Source of the DNA: Eledone cirrhosa
Lineage: Eukaryota
DNA length: 64,000 bases
NCBI GenBank assembly: GCA_964016885.1
Contig: OZ024752.1
Span: 31,000,001-31,064,000, forward strand
Direction: 5' to 3'
Numbering within the stretch: position 1 is the first letter of the stretch; each line of letters opens with the position of its first letter. The notes below the pieces were generated by a model. It made no database searches and had not been told where the DNA came from. It saw only the letters and a list, made by a program, of their open reading frames with translations. This document shows, one piece after another, positions 45,205 through 60,000 of this stretch. The position numbers were made by a program, and so were the translations under genes.

Positions 45205-45615
45205 GGACTTTACTTAGAAGCTCCAGCGTCTTGAGACACATGAGGCAGCCAAAGTGCTCCAATGACCATGGTCAGTTGCATCTATCAATATATACCACGT
45301 CTTGAGACACATGAGGCAGCCAAAGAGCTCCAACGACCATGGTCAGTTGCATCTATCAATATATACCACGTCTTGAGACACATGAGGCAGCCAAAGTGCT
45401 CCAATGACCATGGTCAGTTGCATCTATCAATATATACCACGTTTTGAGACACATGAGGCAGCCAAAGAGCTCCAACGACCACAGTCAGTTGCATCTATCG
45501 CTACATCGTTCCAACTTTTATTGACAGGTTTCAGGTCTCTGCCAATTGTCTGCCGCCAGTTCATCTTGGGGCGTCCTCTTCACCTTTTTCCATGGGGGTA
45601 CCAACACAAGACCTG
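45205..45615 (-). mobile_element. RTE LINE 3' end with a 71-bp tandem amplification (~3.8 copies, 45227-45500)
   Basis: Minus strand RGRPKMNWRQTIGRDLK...WNDVAIDATDCGRWSSLAASC; repeat starts at 45227, 45298, 45369, 45440. Confidence 0.75.
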
Positions 45616-46016
45616 ATTACACGAGACGGCATATATGCTAGAATTCCATGGTGTTGGGGCTATCGACTGTTGTGTGTATGTGTATATGTGAGAGGTGGGG
45701 TGTTATCGCTAAAGCTGCTTCATGCGAAATGTTTAGTCATAATACAACTCAATATCTTTCTATCGGTTCGATACTTAGCTTGTTACATAAATCGATAGAG
45801 TGATAAACTAGTCGGGGAAAATTAAACAAACAGATTGTGATCGGAAAATGAATTTCTTATTGTAGCAACATAATTTTATGTTGTGAGTGGATTAATATTG
45901 AACAAGAATTGCAAACCATCGCAAGTTAGACTCATCATACATGATACATCATATATCAGCTAATAGGAGAATGTATGACACGAATACGCTGTATTATCAG
46001 ATTACAGAGACACCCA

Positions 46017-46258
46017 CAGAGGCGGTGGAACATGGTGAGGGGGAGGCGCATGGTCACCCCAATAATTATATTTTTCTCCCCAAACTACCAAAACACACAT
46101 CTATTTGTATGTACGCTACAATTTATGTAAATGTTATGTTTATCTCATATCAAAGTTTTCTTACCACTTTAGTGTGCAAAGAGCTAAAGTAATCATTACA
46201 ACTAAGTTGACCAAATGTTGCCCCCTCCTCCAATTCCGAACTGCTTCCACCGCCCCTA
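46017..46258. mobile_element. Probable hAT-like MITE
   Basis: TIR-like cagaggcggtggaa / ttccaccgccccta. No TSD recognised. Confidence 0.45.
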
Positions 46259-46744
46259 ACCTGTGGTATTATTTTCAAAGGTTATGCTCCTTTGAGACTT
46301 CTATGAGAAAATATTTGTACAGAAAATAAGACAGAAAAATCTGAACAATGAAAACAAATATAAATTGTCTTGATTTATGGGTTAGGGTCAGGTTTGGGTT
46401 TCTTTTGTTATTATTTTTCGTTTTATTATAAATAGGGGTGTGTCAAAACAGCCTGAGAATTATAAGAACACTCACTGAAAAGTACATAAATGAACGATTT
46501 TTTACATAGACCTAAGGCATCGAGTATGGAGGGTGCGTGCAGTTGATTATATCGACCTCAGTATATAACTGATGTTATATTTTATCGATCTCGAAACGAT
46601 AAACAACAAAGTTGTGTTTTAAATTCAAATCAGTTGGATTTGAATTTAAAATACAACACACTGATTCAACCCCTCTCCGGGTCTAAACACAGTGAATTTC
46701 TTTCAAAGAGAGAACTAGAACAAGTGGGAAAAGATATAGAGAAA

Positions 46745-47115
46745 AAATTGATCCCGGTACTCGATTGGTACTTTTTTTATCGACTTCGAAAGGATGGAAG
46801 GCAAAGTTGACCTGGGCGTGATTTGAACTTAGAGAGAGCAGTGAGCCGGGATTTCAGCTCGGAGAGAGCAGTGAGCCGGGATTTCAGCCCGGAGAGAGCA
46901 ATGAGCCGGGATTTCAACTTAGAGAGAGCAGTGAGCCGGGATTTCAGCTCGGAGAGAGCAATGAGCCGGGATTTCAACTTAGAGAGAGCAGTGAGCCGGG
47001 ATTTCAGCCCGGAGAGAGCAATGAGCCGGGATTTCAACTTAGAGAGAGCAGTGAGTCGGAACAAATACCAGAAAGCATTCTATCCGACGTTCTAACAACT
47101 TTGTCAATTAACCGT
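46745..47115 (-). mobile_element. Diverged SINE with internal 30-bp tandem array (46828-47060, ~8 copies)
   Basis: ggatggaaggcaaagttgacct...atttgaactt, then (agagagagcagtgagccgggatttcarcyy)n, then the rest of the tRNA head. Confidence 0.75.
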
Positions 47116-47544
47116 CTATATCAGATATAAATTTAACATTATTTTATATAAACAGACACGCATGAACTCACATTTGAGAATGCAAGCTAAGAAATATTAC
47201 ACAATCTTAAAAAAATAACAGGGTATACGTGCCTCAGCACACTTAGTTAATGAAGGAAATATGTTTGAAAGGGATAAGTTTGAACATTCTGTTCGACTCA
47301 TTACAACTTTTAAATATTCTGTTTATCTCTATTTGAAGAATAACAACTTATGAATGTTAGTAAATAGGCGGAAGTCTTATTGTTTGAGTTATTTTATGTT
47401 CAAATCTAATGTAATCGGCTCGCCTCTTTAAATATTTCGTCTGTTATTCCCCTTGTCAAAAATAAGAACGTGAGCTTGGAAAGTTATATAAATCATGACG
47501 TTATCTCTATATCAGCTTCACCTTTCCTGTAATCTAGCTATCTA

Positions 47545-47648
<104 letters not shown>

Positions 47649-47806
47649 CCTCTCTCTCTGACGAATCGATCAAATAGAAACTTCGAAGTGACTGTCATTT
47701 TTCTACTTAGAAAATAAATTTCGACACTCTACCCACCAGTATTGAGTGCACAATCAGTTAACGCTGGGATGACTTAAATACTGAAGTATTTAAACTCATA
47801 TATTGG

Positions 47807-47891
<85 letters not shown>

Positions 47892-47902
47892 CCCTAATTC
47901 TA

Positions 47903-48100
47903 CGAGGGTCGGCTGAAAAGGTCATAGGCTGACTATGAAGGAGTGATGCTAGAGCTGTGAAGTCTTGCATGCATTAATTTCAACTCTTCTTATTAATAAC
48001 AACATTGTCTTTTTCCAGGGACTATGCTGAAAAATAAACCTCATTTGGTCATTCCATGAGAGTATCTTGGTTAGCATGAGAACTTTTCAGCCGACCATCC
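47903..48100. mobile_element. mariner-type MITE
   Basis: ta|cgagggtcggctgaaaag ... cttttcagccgaccatcc|ta. Confidence 0.75.
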
Positions 48101-48176
48101 TACTCCACAAAACATCACCAATTCAGCTACATGTGTCATGTTATATAAAGAATAACAATATAATTATAGTTTATAT

Positions 48177-51065
48177 AACTATAGTCACTAATTGTGGTAT
48201 ACAAGTTACTATATAGTCACTAATTGTGGTATATAAGTTACTATATAGTCACTAATTGTGGTATATAAATTACTATATAGTCACTAATTGTGGTATATAA
48301 GTTACTATATAGTCACTAATTGTGGTATATAAGTTACTATATAGTCACTAATTGTGGTATATAAGTTACTATATAGTCACTAATTGTGGTATATAAGTTA
48401 CTATATAGTCACTGATTGTGGTATATAAGTTACTATATAGTCACTAATTGTGGTATATAAGTTACTTTATAGTCACTGATTGTGGTATATAAGTTACTAT
48501 ATAGTCACTGATTGTGGTATATATGTTACTTTATAGTCACTAATTGTGGTATACAAGTTACTATATAGTCACTAATTGTGGTATATAAGTTACTATATAG
48601 TCACTAATTGTGGTATATAAGTTACTTTATAGTCACTGATTGTGGTATATAAGTTACTATATAGTCACTGATTGTGGTATATAAGTTACTATATAGTCAC
48701 TAATTGTGGTATACAAGTTACTATATAGTCACTAATTGTGGTATATAAGTTACTATATAGTCACTAATTGTGGTATATAAGTTACTATATAGTCACTAAT
48801 TGTGGTATATAAGTTACTATATAGTCACTAATTGTGGTATATAAGTTACTATATAGTCACTAATTGTGGTATACAAGTTACTATATAGTCACTAATTGTG
48901 GTATATAAGTTACTATATAGTCACTAATTGTGGTATACAAGTTACTATATAGTCACTAATTGTGGTATATAAGTTACTATATAGTCACTGATTGTGGTAT
49001 ATAAGTTACTATATAGTCACTAATTGTGGTATACAAGTTACTATATAGTCACTAATTGTGGTATATAAGTTACTATATAGTCACTAATTGTGGTATATAA
49101 GTTACTATATAGTCACTGATTGTGGTATATAAGTTACTATATAGTGACTAATTGTGGTATATAAGTTACTATATAGTCACTAATTGTGGTATATAAGTTA
49201 CTATATAGTCACTAATTGTGGTATATAAGTTACTATATAGTCACTAATTGTGGTATACAAGTTACTACATAGTTACTAATTGTGGTATATAAGTTACTAT
49301 ATAGTCACTAATTGTGGTATATAAGTTACTACATAGTTACTAATTGTGGTATATAAGTTACTATATAGTCACTAATTGTGGTATATAAGTTACTACATAG
49401 TCACTAATTGTGGTATATAAGTTACTATATAGTCACTGATTGTAGTATATAAGTTACTATATAGTCACTGATTGTGGTATATAAGTTTCTATATAGTCAC
49501 TAATTGTGGTATATAAGTTTCTATATAGTCACTAATTGTGGTATATAAGTTACTTTATAGTCACTAATTGTGGTATATAAGTTACTTTATAGTCACTAAT
49601 TGTGGTATACAAGTTACTATATAGTCACTGATTGTGGTATATAAGTTACTATATAGTCACTAATTGTGGTATATAAGTTACTACATAGTTACTAATTGTG
49701 GTATATAAGTTACTATATAGTCACTAATTGTGGTATACAAGTTACTATATAGTCACTAATTGTGGTATACAAGTTACTATATAGTCACTAATTGTGGTAT
49801 ATAAGTTACTATATAGTCACTAATTGTGGTATACAAGTTACTATATAGTCACTAATTGTGGTATACAAGTTACTATATAGTCACTAATTGTGGTATACAA
49901 GTTACTATATAGTCACTAATTGTGGTATATTAGTTACTATATAGTCACTAATTGTGGTATACAAGTTACTATATAGTCACTAATTGTGGTATACAAGTTA
50001 CTATATAGTCACTAATTGTGGTATACAAGTTACTATATAGTCACTAATTGTGGTATACAAGTTACTATATAGTCACTAATTGTGGTATATAAGTTACTAT
50101 ATAGTCACTAATTGTGGTATACAAGTTACTATATAGTCACTAATTGTGGTATACAAGTTACTATATAGTCACTAATTGTGGTATACAAGTTACTATATAG
50201 TCACTAATTGTGGTATACAAGTTACTATATAGTCACTAATTGTGGTATATAAGTTACTATATAGTCACTAATTGTGGTATACAAGTTACTATATAGTCAC
50301 TAATTGTGGTATACAAGTTACTATATAGTCACTAATTGTGGTATATAAGTTACTATATAGTCACTAATTGTGGTATACAAGTTACTATATAGTCACTAAT
50401 TGTGGTATACAAGTTACTATATAGTCACTAATTGTGGTATACAAGTTACTATATAGTCACTAATTGTGGTATATTAGTTACTATATAGTCACTAATTGTG
50501 GTATACAAGTTACTATATAGTCACTAATTGTGGTATACAAGTTACTATATAGTCACTAATTGTGGTATACAAGTTACTATATAGTCACTAATTGTGGTAT
50601 ACAAGTTACTATATAGTCACTAATTGTGGTATATAAGTTACTATATAGTCACTAATTGTGGTATACAAGTTACTATATAGTCACTAATTGTGGTATACAA
50701 GTTACTATATAGTCACTAATTGTGGTATACAAGTTACTATATAGTCACTAATTGTGGTATACAAGTTACTATATAGTCACTAATTGTGGTATACAAGTTA
50801 CTATATAGTCACTAATTGTGGTATATAAGTTACTATATAGTCACTAATTGTGGTATACAAGTTACTATATAGTCACTAATTGTGGTATATTAGTTACTAT
50901 ATAGTCACTAATTGTGGTATATAAGTTACTATATAGTCACTAATTGTGGTATACAAGTTACTATATAGTCACTAATTGTGGTATATAAGTTACTATATAG
51001 TCACTAATTGTGGTATATAAGTTACTATATAGTCACTAATTGTGGTATATAAGTTACTATATAGT
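48177..51065. repeat. 32-bp satellite, ~90 copies
   Basis: Unit atagtcactaattgtggtat[a/c]aagttactat-type; gtcac at 48184, 48216... Confidence 0.95.
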
Positions 51066-51620
51066 TTATATAAGTGGAATTAAAAATTGGTTAGTTGTTA
51101 GTCCAGCATTGGTGTGACATGGAATGTCACAAGTAGCTTCAAGATAAATAATCTTACGTATAAAATAACACCTTAAATTATGTCATTCTGTTTGTGTAAA
51201 ATATAATATGCCTATACACACGTACACAGAAACACAAACACATACAAATACAAACACACACATACATACAACCTAACATCTTGAATTACATGTCAGTCTG
51301 TTGGTGTCAAAAATAAAATGAATACACACGCACACTAACACACACTCTCGCACACGCACACGCACATATATATACATATATACACACATACATATATACA
51401 CACAAGAGTTTACATGTATGTCTTTCTGTATTTTAAATATACTTTATTTGCCTTGTAAAATTTTGAAATATTTCTATATACACCCAGAAATATCACAGAT
51501 GCTAAAGGTCCCTGGAGAGGGAGGATGTGGAGATCATGTGATAAACATTTTAATCTACCCAACACACACGCACACGCACACGCACACGCACACGCACACG
51601 CACACGCACGCGCGCGAAAA

Positions 51621-51752
51621 GATCCGTTCAGATCTAGCTGTCGAAACGACCGGAGCTCAGCCGTCGGGGTCCTGACTCTTTTCCTATTACCTACTCTACT
51701 ACCCTAAGTATTGAGTACTCTGGTGCGTTATGGTCCACCTGGTATCTTATCA
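51621..51752 (+). mobile_element. Half-hammerhead repeat, copy D (no inverted arm, diverged)
   Basis: gctgtcgaaacgaccggagctcagccgtcggggtcc...ctctactaccctaagtattgagtactctggtgcgttatggtccacctgg. Confidence 0.75.
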
Positions 51753-51815
51753 CACACATATATATGTATGTATACATATGTATATACATACACACACACA
51801 TATATATATACATAT

Positions 51816-51858
<43 letters not shown>

Positions 51859-51879
51859 TATATATATACATATACATAT

Positions 51880-51991
<112 letters not shown>

Positions 51992-52034
51992 ATATGTATA
52001 TATATATGTGTGTATATGTATATATATATGTGTG

Positions 52035-52256
<222 letters not shown>

Positions 52257-52806
52257 CACATATACACATATACACATATATATATATACATATATATATA
52301 TATCCTAAACGGACGTTAGTCTGTTTAGTAATATTGTTGTGGTCGTGTTTTCGTTGGCAATCGTCTGTTTACGACAGTACAGCGCGGCTCTACTTTATTT
52401 AACTGAGATAAAACTTATATGAGCATGAACAGTAGGTCATTACGCATCTTTTGGCTTAAAAATCTAGAAATTTGGTCCAGCGGGAAAAAGTTTATAATCA
52501 AAGTTTGCTGATAAATCTTGTGTTCAAGTGAGTGAGTAGTAAGCGTGACGCTAGGGGAGGTAACCCAGAAATGACGTAGCTTTGTCATTAAGCCAGTTGC
52601 CTCAACTAGATTGCAATTATACTCAAAAGAACTTTAAAATGTCAATCACTTGTCAGTAATTCTCTATGATCATTTAATTATTAGATAGTTGTTGCTTGCA
52701 TTGCCTTAAAAAATAGTAGATAGACTATCCAGATGGCTTCCAAAAATAATGGTTGCATTTTAGAAGGGTACGTCAAAGCTTATTTGTAAAACTGTTATAT
52801 ATTGTA

Positions 52807-52867
52807 TTTTGTCTGATGAAGGCATACCATAGTTTAATTTGGTATCCCTGAAATATGTATAATGAAA
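52807..52867 (+). ncRNA. Type I hammerhead ribozyme
   Basis: uuuugu-CUGAUGA-aggcauacca...ugguaucccu-GAAA-uaugua-UA-augaaa. 6-bp stem I (2 G-U) and ~9-bp stem II. Confidence 0.72.
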
Positions 52868-53055
52868 TAAATATGGTTTTATAAATATAGTTTCCATTTA
52901 TTAATATTTTATATATATATATATATATATGTATGTATATATATACACACATACATACACGAGTATATGCAAAAATTAAACAGAAATAACATACTACACA
53001 ACACAGATTAATGAAGAAATATGTTAGTTTAACGCTTGATATAGTAGGAAAAGAG

Positions 53056-53091
53056 TCTTTACATTTCGGACAGTAGTCCTTCATCAGAAGA
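53056..53091 (-). ncRNA. Minimal type I hammerhead ribozyme
   Basis: ucuu-CUGAUGA-a-ggac-uacu-gucc-GAAA-ug-UA-aaga. Stem III is vestigial (probably decayed from acgu). Confidence 0.65.
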
Positions 53092-53188
53092 TAGAATGAG
53101 AAATAAAAGATGAAATAAAAAGATAGTGAGAAGAAATCGGGATGTGTATATAACCACATACGTGTGTGTATATATATATATATACAGT

Positions 53189-53260
53189 ATCATCATCATC
53201 ATCATCATTATCATCATTTTAACGTCCGCTCTTCCCTGCTCGCAAGGGTGGGACGGGTCT
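53189..53260 (-). mobile_element. Extreme 3' end of an RTE LINE
   Basis: (atc)n-tttaacgtccgctcttccctgctcgcaagggtgggacggg resembles 18087-18155. Confidence 0.6.
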
Positions 53261-53263
53261 TAG

Positions 53264-53299
<36 letters not shown>

Positions 53300-53371
53300 G
53301 TTGAAAGCTGAAAGAAAGGAGTACTCAATACCGAAGTAGAGCTTTAATATTCATTTTATTAAGGTTAAATA

Positions 53372-53520
53372 GTGAGTACCGGCAGCAATAGTTGGGGGTT
53401 TAACCCTGCGATGGATTAGTATCATGTCTAGGGAAGGAGTGTTGTACTCTCAGTCGTTTAACGCAATGAAACCGGAATAAACACCGGTCTGATGAGCCTC
53501 CGAAACCGAGACAGACTTTA
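53372..53520 (+). mobile_element. SINE 3' half with a conserved metazoan core domain (MetaSINE-like)
   Basis: gagtaccggc...ggggtttaaccctgcgatggattagtatc...tactctcagtcg...gaaaccgg...ccggtctgatg. Recognised from memory of marine-invertebrate SINE cores. Confidence 0.5.
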
Positions 53521-54029
53521 GATTGTCTTAGATAAGCTTGTACTAGAAATGCACCTAAAACAGACGGTGGTGGTGTCATGGTTGGGATGTCTTTTAACGT
53601 GTATTCAATCAGTGATGAACTAAGGTGAATATATTTATATAATTATATATTCAATTATATTCATCTCATATCAACCATACAGCTCTTAAAATATTATATA
53701 CACATATTGTATTTTAATGTGGCTGTTGTGCAGTTATAAAGATAACTGAGTTTATTAATATACCAGCTACACATAATGAATTCATTACTACATATTTTTA
53801 AATTAGTAGAACATGACAGGCTCACGTTCACTTAACATAAACTGACTTAACATAAACTGACTTAACATATTCTAATAACATATAATTTCAGTATCTTTGT
53901 ATTTATTGGTTTTGTTGTTGTTTAACCCTTGGTCAGCCCCAGGTCAGCGCTGAATGAACAGATCTATTATAGGAAGAGAACGATTGAAAAAAAGGATCAG
54001 TCAAAGGTTGTTTAACGGAATGGTTAGAG

Positions 54030-57000
54030 CAGTGGTTCCCAACCTTCTGTGCACCATGCCCCGCCGCAACATCTCATAAATTGCCCTTTCCCCTTTGATA
54101 TGAAAACAGCGATGATCAACTGCAAAGTGTAAACAAATTGGCATAAGGTGGGGCCAGATGCACAATAACATGTTAACATACATGGAGACGGGGGAGGTGA
54201 GACAGGAGTTTCCGACAGTAATGTGTACCAAAGTTTCCTTGGTCCTTGATATAGGTGGTGCCATAAACACAATAACATGTGTGGAGGAGGTGAGACAGGA
54301 GTTTCTGATAGTAATGTGTACCAAAGTTACCTTGGTGTAGGTGGTGCCAGATGTAATGTGTACCAAAGTTACCTTGGTGTAGGTGGTGCCAGATGTAATG
54401 TGTACCAAAGTTACCTTGGTGTAGGTGGTGCCAGATGTAATGTGTACCAAAGTTACCTTGGTGTAGGTGGTGCCAGATGTAATGTGTACCAAAGTTACCT
54501 TGGTGTAGGTGGTGCCAGATGTAATGTGTACCAAAGTTACCTTGGTGTAGGTGGTGCCAGATGTAATGTGTACCAAAGTTACCTTGGTATAGGTGGTGCC
54601 AGATGTAATGTGTACCAAAGTTACCTTGGTGTAGGTGGTGCCAGATGTAATGTGTACCAAAGTTACCTTGGTGTAGGTGGTGCCAGATGTAATGTGTACC
54701 AAAGTTACCTTGGTGTAGGTGGTGCCAGATGTAATGTGTACCAAAGTTACCTTGGTATAGGTGATGCCAGATACACAATAACAAGTGTGGAGGAGGTGAG
54801 ACAGGGAGTTTCTGATAGTAATGTGTACCAAAGTTACCTTGGTGTAGGTGGTGCCAGATACACAATAACATGTGTGGAGGAGGGGAGACAGGAGTTTCTG
54901 ACAGTAATGTGTACCACAGTTACCTTGGTGTAGGTGGTGCCAGATATAATGTGTACCAAAGTTACCTTGGTGTAGGTGGTGCCAGATGTAATGTGTACCA
55001 AAGTTACCTTGGTGTAGGTGGTGCCAGATACACAGTAACATGTGTGGAGGAGGGGAGACAGGAGTTTCTGACAGTAATGTGTACCACAGTTACCTTGGTG
55101 TAGGTGGTGCCAGATATAATGTGTACCAAAGTTACCTTGGTGTAGGTGGTGCCAGATGTAATGTGTACCAAAGTTACCTTGGTGTAGGTGGTGCCAGATG
55201 TAATGTGTACCAAAGTTACCTTGGTGTAGGTGGTGCCAGATGTAATGTGTACCAAAGTTACCTTGGTGTAGGTGGTGCCAGATGTAATGTGTACCAAAGT
55301 TACCTTGGTGTAGGTGGTGCCAGATGTAATGTGTACCAAAGTTACCTTGGTGTAGGTGGTGCCAGATGTAATGTGTACCAAAGTTACCTTGGTGTAGGTG
55401 GTGCCAGATGTAATGTGTACCAAAGTTACCTTGGTGTAGGTGGTGCCAGATGTAATGTGTACCAAAGTTACCTTGGTGTAGGTGGTGCCAGATGTAATGT
55501 GTACCAAAGTTACCTTGGTGTAGGTGGTGCCAGATACAGTATAACGGCTGGAGGAGGGGAGACAGGAGTTTCTGACAGTAATGTGTACCACAGTTACCTT
55601 GATGTAGGTGGTGCCAGATGTAATGTGTACCAAAGTTACCTTGGTGTAGGTGGTGCCAGATACAGTATAACGGTTGGAGGAGGGGAGACAGGAGTTTCTG
55701 ACAGTAATGTGTACCACAGTTACCTTGATGTAGGTGGTGCCAGATGTAATGTGTACCAAAGTTACCTTGGTGTAGGTGGTGCCAGATGTAATGTGTACCA
55801 AAGTTACCTTGGTATAGGTGATGCCAGATACACAATAACAAGTGTGGAGGAGGTGAGACAGGGAGTTTCTGATAGTAATGTGTACCAAAGTTACCTTGGT
55901 GTAGGTGGTGCCAGATACACAATAACATGTGTGGAGGAGGGGAGACAGGAGTTTCTGACAGTAATGTGTACCACAGTTACCTTGGTGTAGGTGGTGCCAG
56001 ATATAATGTGTACCAAAGTTACCTTGGTGTAGGTGGTGCCAGATGTAATGTGTACCAAAGTTACCTTGGTGTAGGTGGTGCCAGATACACAGTAACATGT
56101 GTGGAGGAGGGGAGACAGGAGTTTCTGACAGTAATGTGTACCACAGTTACCTTGGTGTAGGTGGTGCCAGATATAATGTGTACCAAAGTTACCTTGGTGT
56201 AGGTGGTGCCAGATGTAATGTGTACCAAAGTTACCTTGGTGTAGGTGGTGCCAGATGTAATGTGTACCAAAGTTACCTTGGTGTAGGTGGTGCCAGATGT
56301 AATGTGTACCAAAGTTACCTTGGTGTAGGTGGTGCCAGATGTAATGTGTACCAAAGTTACCTTGGTGTAGGTGGTGCCAGATGTAATGTGTACCAAAGTT
56401 ACCTTGGTGTAGGTGGTGCCAGATGTAATGTGTACCAAAGTTACCTTGGTGTAGGTGGTGCCAGATGTAATGTGTACCAAAGTTACCTTGGTGTAGGTGG
56501 TGCCAGATGTAATGTGTACCAAAGTTACCTTGGTGTAGGTGGTGCCAGATGTAATGTGTACCAAAGTTACCTTGGTGTAGGTGGTGCCAGATGTAATGTG
56601 TACCAAAGTTACCTTGGTGTAGGTGGTGCCAGATACAGTATAACGGTTGGAGGAGGGGAGACAGGAGTTTCTGACAGTAATGTGTACCACAGTTACCTTG
56701 ATGTAGGTGGTGCCAGATGTAATGTGTACCAAAGTTACCTTGGTGTAGGTGGTGCCAGATACAGTATAACGGTTGGAGGAGGGGAGACAGGAGTTTCTGA
56801 CAGTAATGTGTACCACAGTTACCTTGGTGTAGGTGGTGCCAGATATAATGTGTACCAAAGTTACCTTGGTGTAGGTGGTGCCAGATGTAATGTGTACCAA
56901 AGTTACCTTGGTGTAGGTGGTGCCAGATGTAATGTGTACCAAAGTTACCTTGGTGTAGGTGGTGCCAGATGTAATGTGTACCAAAGTTACCTTGGTGTAG

Positions 57001-60000
57001 GTGGTGCCAGATGTAATGTGTACCAAAGTTACCTTGGTGTAGGTGGTGCCAGATGTAATGTGTACCAAAGTTACCTTGGTGTAGGTGGTGCCAGATGTAA
57101 TGTGTACCAAAGTTACCTTGGTGTAGGTGGTGCCAGATGTAATGTGTACCAAAGTTACCTTGGTGTAGGTGGTGCCAGATGTAATGTGTACCAAAGTTAC
57201 CTTGGTGTAGGTGGTGCCAGATGTAATGTGTACCAAAGTTACCTTGGTGTAGGTGGTGCCAGATACAGTATAACGGTTGGAGGAGGGGAGACAGGAGTTT
57301 CTGACAGTAATGTGTACCACAGTTACCTTGATGTAGGTGGTGCCAGATGTAATGTGTACCAAAGTTACCTTGGTGTAGGTGGTGCCAGATGTAATGTGTA
57401 CCAAAGTTACCTTGGTGTAGGTGGTGCCAGATGTAATGTGTACCAAAGTTACCTTGGTGTAGGTGGTGCCAGATACAGTATAACGGTTGGAGGAGGGGAG
57501 ACAGGAGTTTCTGACAGTAATGTGTACCACAGTTACCTTGATGTAGGTGGTGCCAGATGGAATGTGTACCAAAGTTACCTTGGTGTAGGTGGTGCCAGAT
57601 ACAGTATAACGGTTGGAGGAGGGGAGACAGGAGTTTCTGACAGTAATGTGTACCACAGTTACCTTGATGTAGGTGGTGCCAGATGTAATGTGTACCAAAG
57701 TTACCTTGGTGTAGGTGGTGCCAGATGTAATGTGTACCAAAGTTACCTTGGTATAGGTGGTGCCAGATGTAATGTGTACCAAAGTTACCTTGGTATAGGT
57801 GGTGCCAGATGTAATGTGTACCACAGTTGCCTTGGTGTAGGTGGTGCCAGATGTAATGTGTACCACAGTTGCCTTGGTGTAGGTGGTGCCAGATGTAATG
57901 TGTACCAAAGTTACCTTGGTGTAGGTGGTGCCAGATACAGTATAACGGTTGGAGGAGGGGAGACAGGAGTTTCTGACAGTAATGTGTACCACAGTTACCT
58001 TGGTATAGGTGGTGCCAGATGTAATGTGTACCAAAGTTACCTTGGTGTAGGTGATGCCAGATGTAATGTGTACCAAAGTTACCTTGGTATAGGTGGTGCC
58101 AGATGTAATGTGTACCAAAGTTACCTTGGTGTAGGTGATGCCAGATGTAATGTGTACCACAGTTGCCTTGGTGTAGGTGGTTCCAGATGTAATGTGTACC
58201 ACAGTTGCCTTGGTGTAGGTGGTGCCAGATGTAATGTGTACCAAAGTTACCTTGGTGTAGGTGGTGCCAGATGTAATGTGTACCAAAGTTACCTTGGTGT
58301 AGGTGGTGCCAGATACAGTATAACGGTTGGAGGAGGGGAGACAGGAGTTTCTGACAGTAATGTGTACCACAGTTACCTTGGTATAGGTGGTGCCAGATGT
58401 AATGTGTACCAAAGTTACCTTGGTGTAGGTGATGCCAGATGTAATGTGTACCAAAGTTACCTTGGTATAGGTGGTGCCAGATGTAATGTGTACCAAAGTT
58501 GCCTTGGTATAGGTGGTGCCAGATGTAATGTGTACCAAAGTTACCTTGGTATAGGTGGTGCCAGATCTAATGTGTACCAAAGTTACCTTGGTATAGGTGG
58601 TGCCAGATGTAATGTGTACCAAAGTTGCCTTGTTATAGGTGGTGCCAGATGTAATGTGTACCAAAGTTACCTTGGTATAGGTGGTGCCAGATGTAATGTG
58701 TACCAAAGTTGCCTTGGTATAGGTGGTGCCAGATGTAATGTGTACCAAAGTTACCTTGGTGTAGGTGGTGCCAGATGTAATGTGTACCAAAGTTACCTTG
58801 GTATAGGTGGTGCCAGATGTAATGTGTACCAAAGTTACCTTGGTGTAGGTGGTGCCAGATGTAATGTGTACCAAAGTTACCTTGGTATAGGTGGTGCCAG
58901 ATGTAATGTGTACCAAAGTTACCTTGGTGTAGGTGGTGCCAGATACACAATAACATGTGTGGAGGAGGGGAGACAGGAGTTTCTGACAGTAATGTGTACC
59001 ACAGTTACCTTGGTGTAGGTGGTGCCAGATGTAATGTGTACCAAAGTTACTTTGCTGTAGGTGGTGCCAGATGTAATGTGTACCAAAGTTACCTTGGTAT
59101 AGGTGGTGCCAGATGTAATGTGTACCAAAGTTACCTTGGTGTAGGTGGTGCCAGATGTAATGTGTACCAAAGTTACCTTGGTGTAGGTGGTGCCAGATGT
59201 AATGTGTACCAAAGTTACCTTGGTATAGGTGGTGCCAGATGTAATGTGTACCAAAGTTACCTTGGTGTAGGTGGTGCCAGATGTAATGTGTACCAAAGTT
59301 ACCTTGGTATAGGTGGTGCCAGATGTAATGTGTACCAAAGTTACCTTGGTGTAGGTGGTGCCAGATGTAATGTGTACCAAAGTTACCTTGGTATAGGTGG
59401 TGCCAGATGTAATGTGTACCAAAGTTACCTTGGTGTAGGTGGTGCCAGATACACAACAACATGTGTGGAGGAGGGGAGACAGGAGTTTCTGACAGTAATG
59501 TGTACCACAGTTACCTTAGTGTAGGTGGTGCCAGATGTAATGTGTACCAAAGTTACTTTGCTGTAGGTGGTGCCAGATGTAATGTGTACCAAAGTTACCT
59601 TGGTGTAGGTGGTGCCAGATGTAATGTGTACCAAAGTTACCTTGGTGTAGGTGGTGCCAGATGTAATGTGTACCAAAGTTACCTTGGTGTAGGTGGTGCC
59701 AGATGTAATGTGTACCAAAGTTACCTTGGTATAGGTGGTGCCAGATGTAATGTGTACCAAAGTTACCTTGGTGTAGGTGGTGCCAGATGTAATGTGTACC
59801 AAAGTTACCTTGGTATAGGTGGTGCCAGATGTAATGTGTACCAAAGTTACCTTGGTATAGGTGGTGCCAGATGTAATGTGTACCAAAGTTACCTTGGTGT
59901 AGGTGGTGCCAGATGTAATGTGTACCAAAGTTACCTTGGTGTAGGTGGTGCCAGATGTAATGTGTACCAAAGTTACCTTGGTATAGGTGGTGCCAGATGT

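Noticed and set aside
53486-53516. CTGATGA-gcctcc-GAAA as a hammerhead
   Set aside because: Stem II cannot pair and there is no stem III or UH triplet; it is part of a SINE 3' region.
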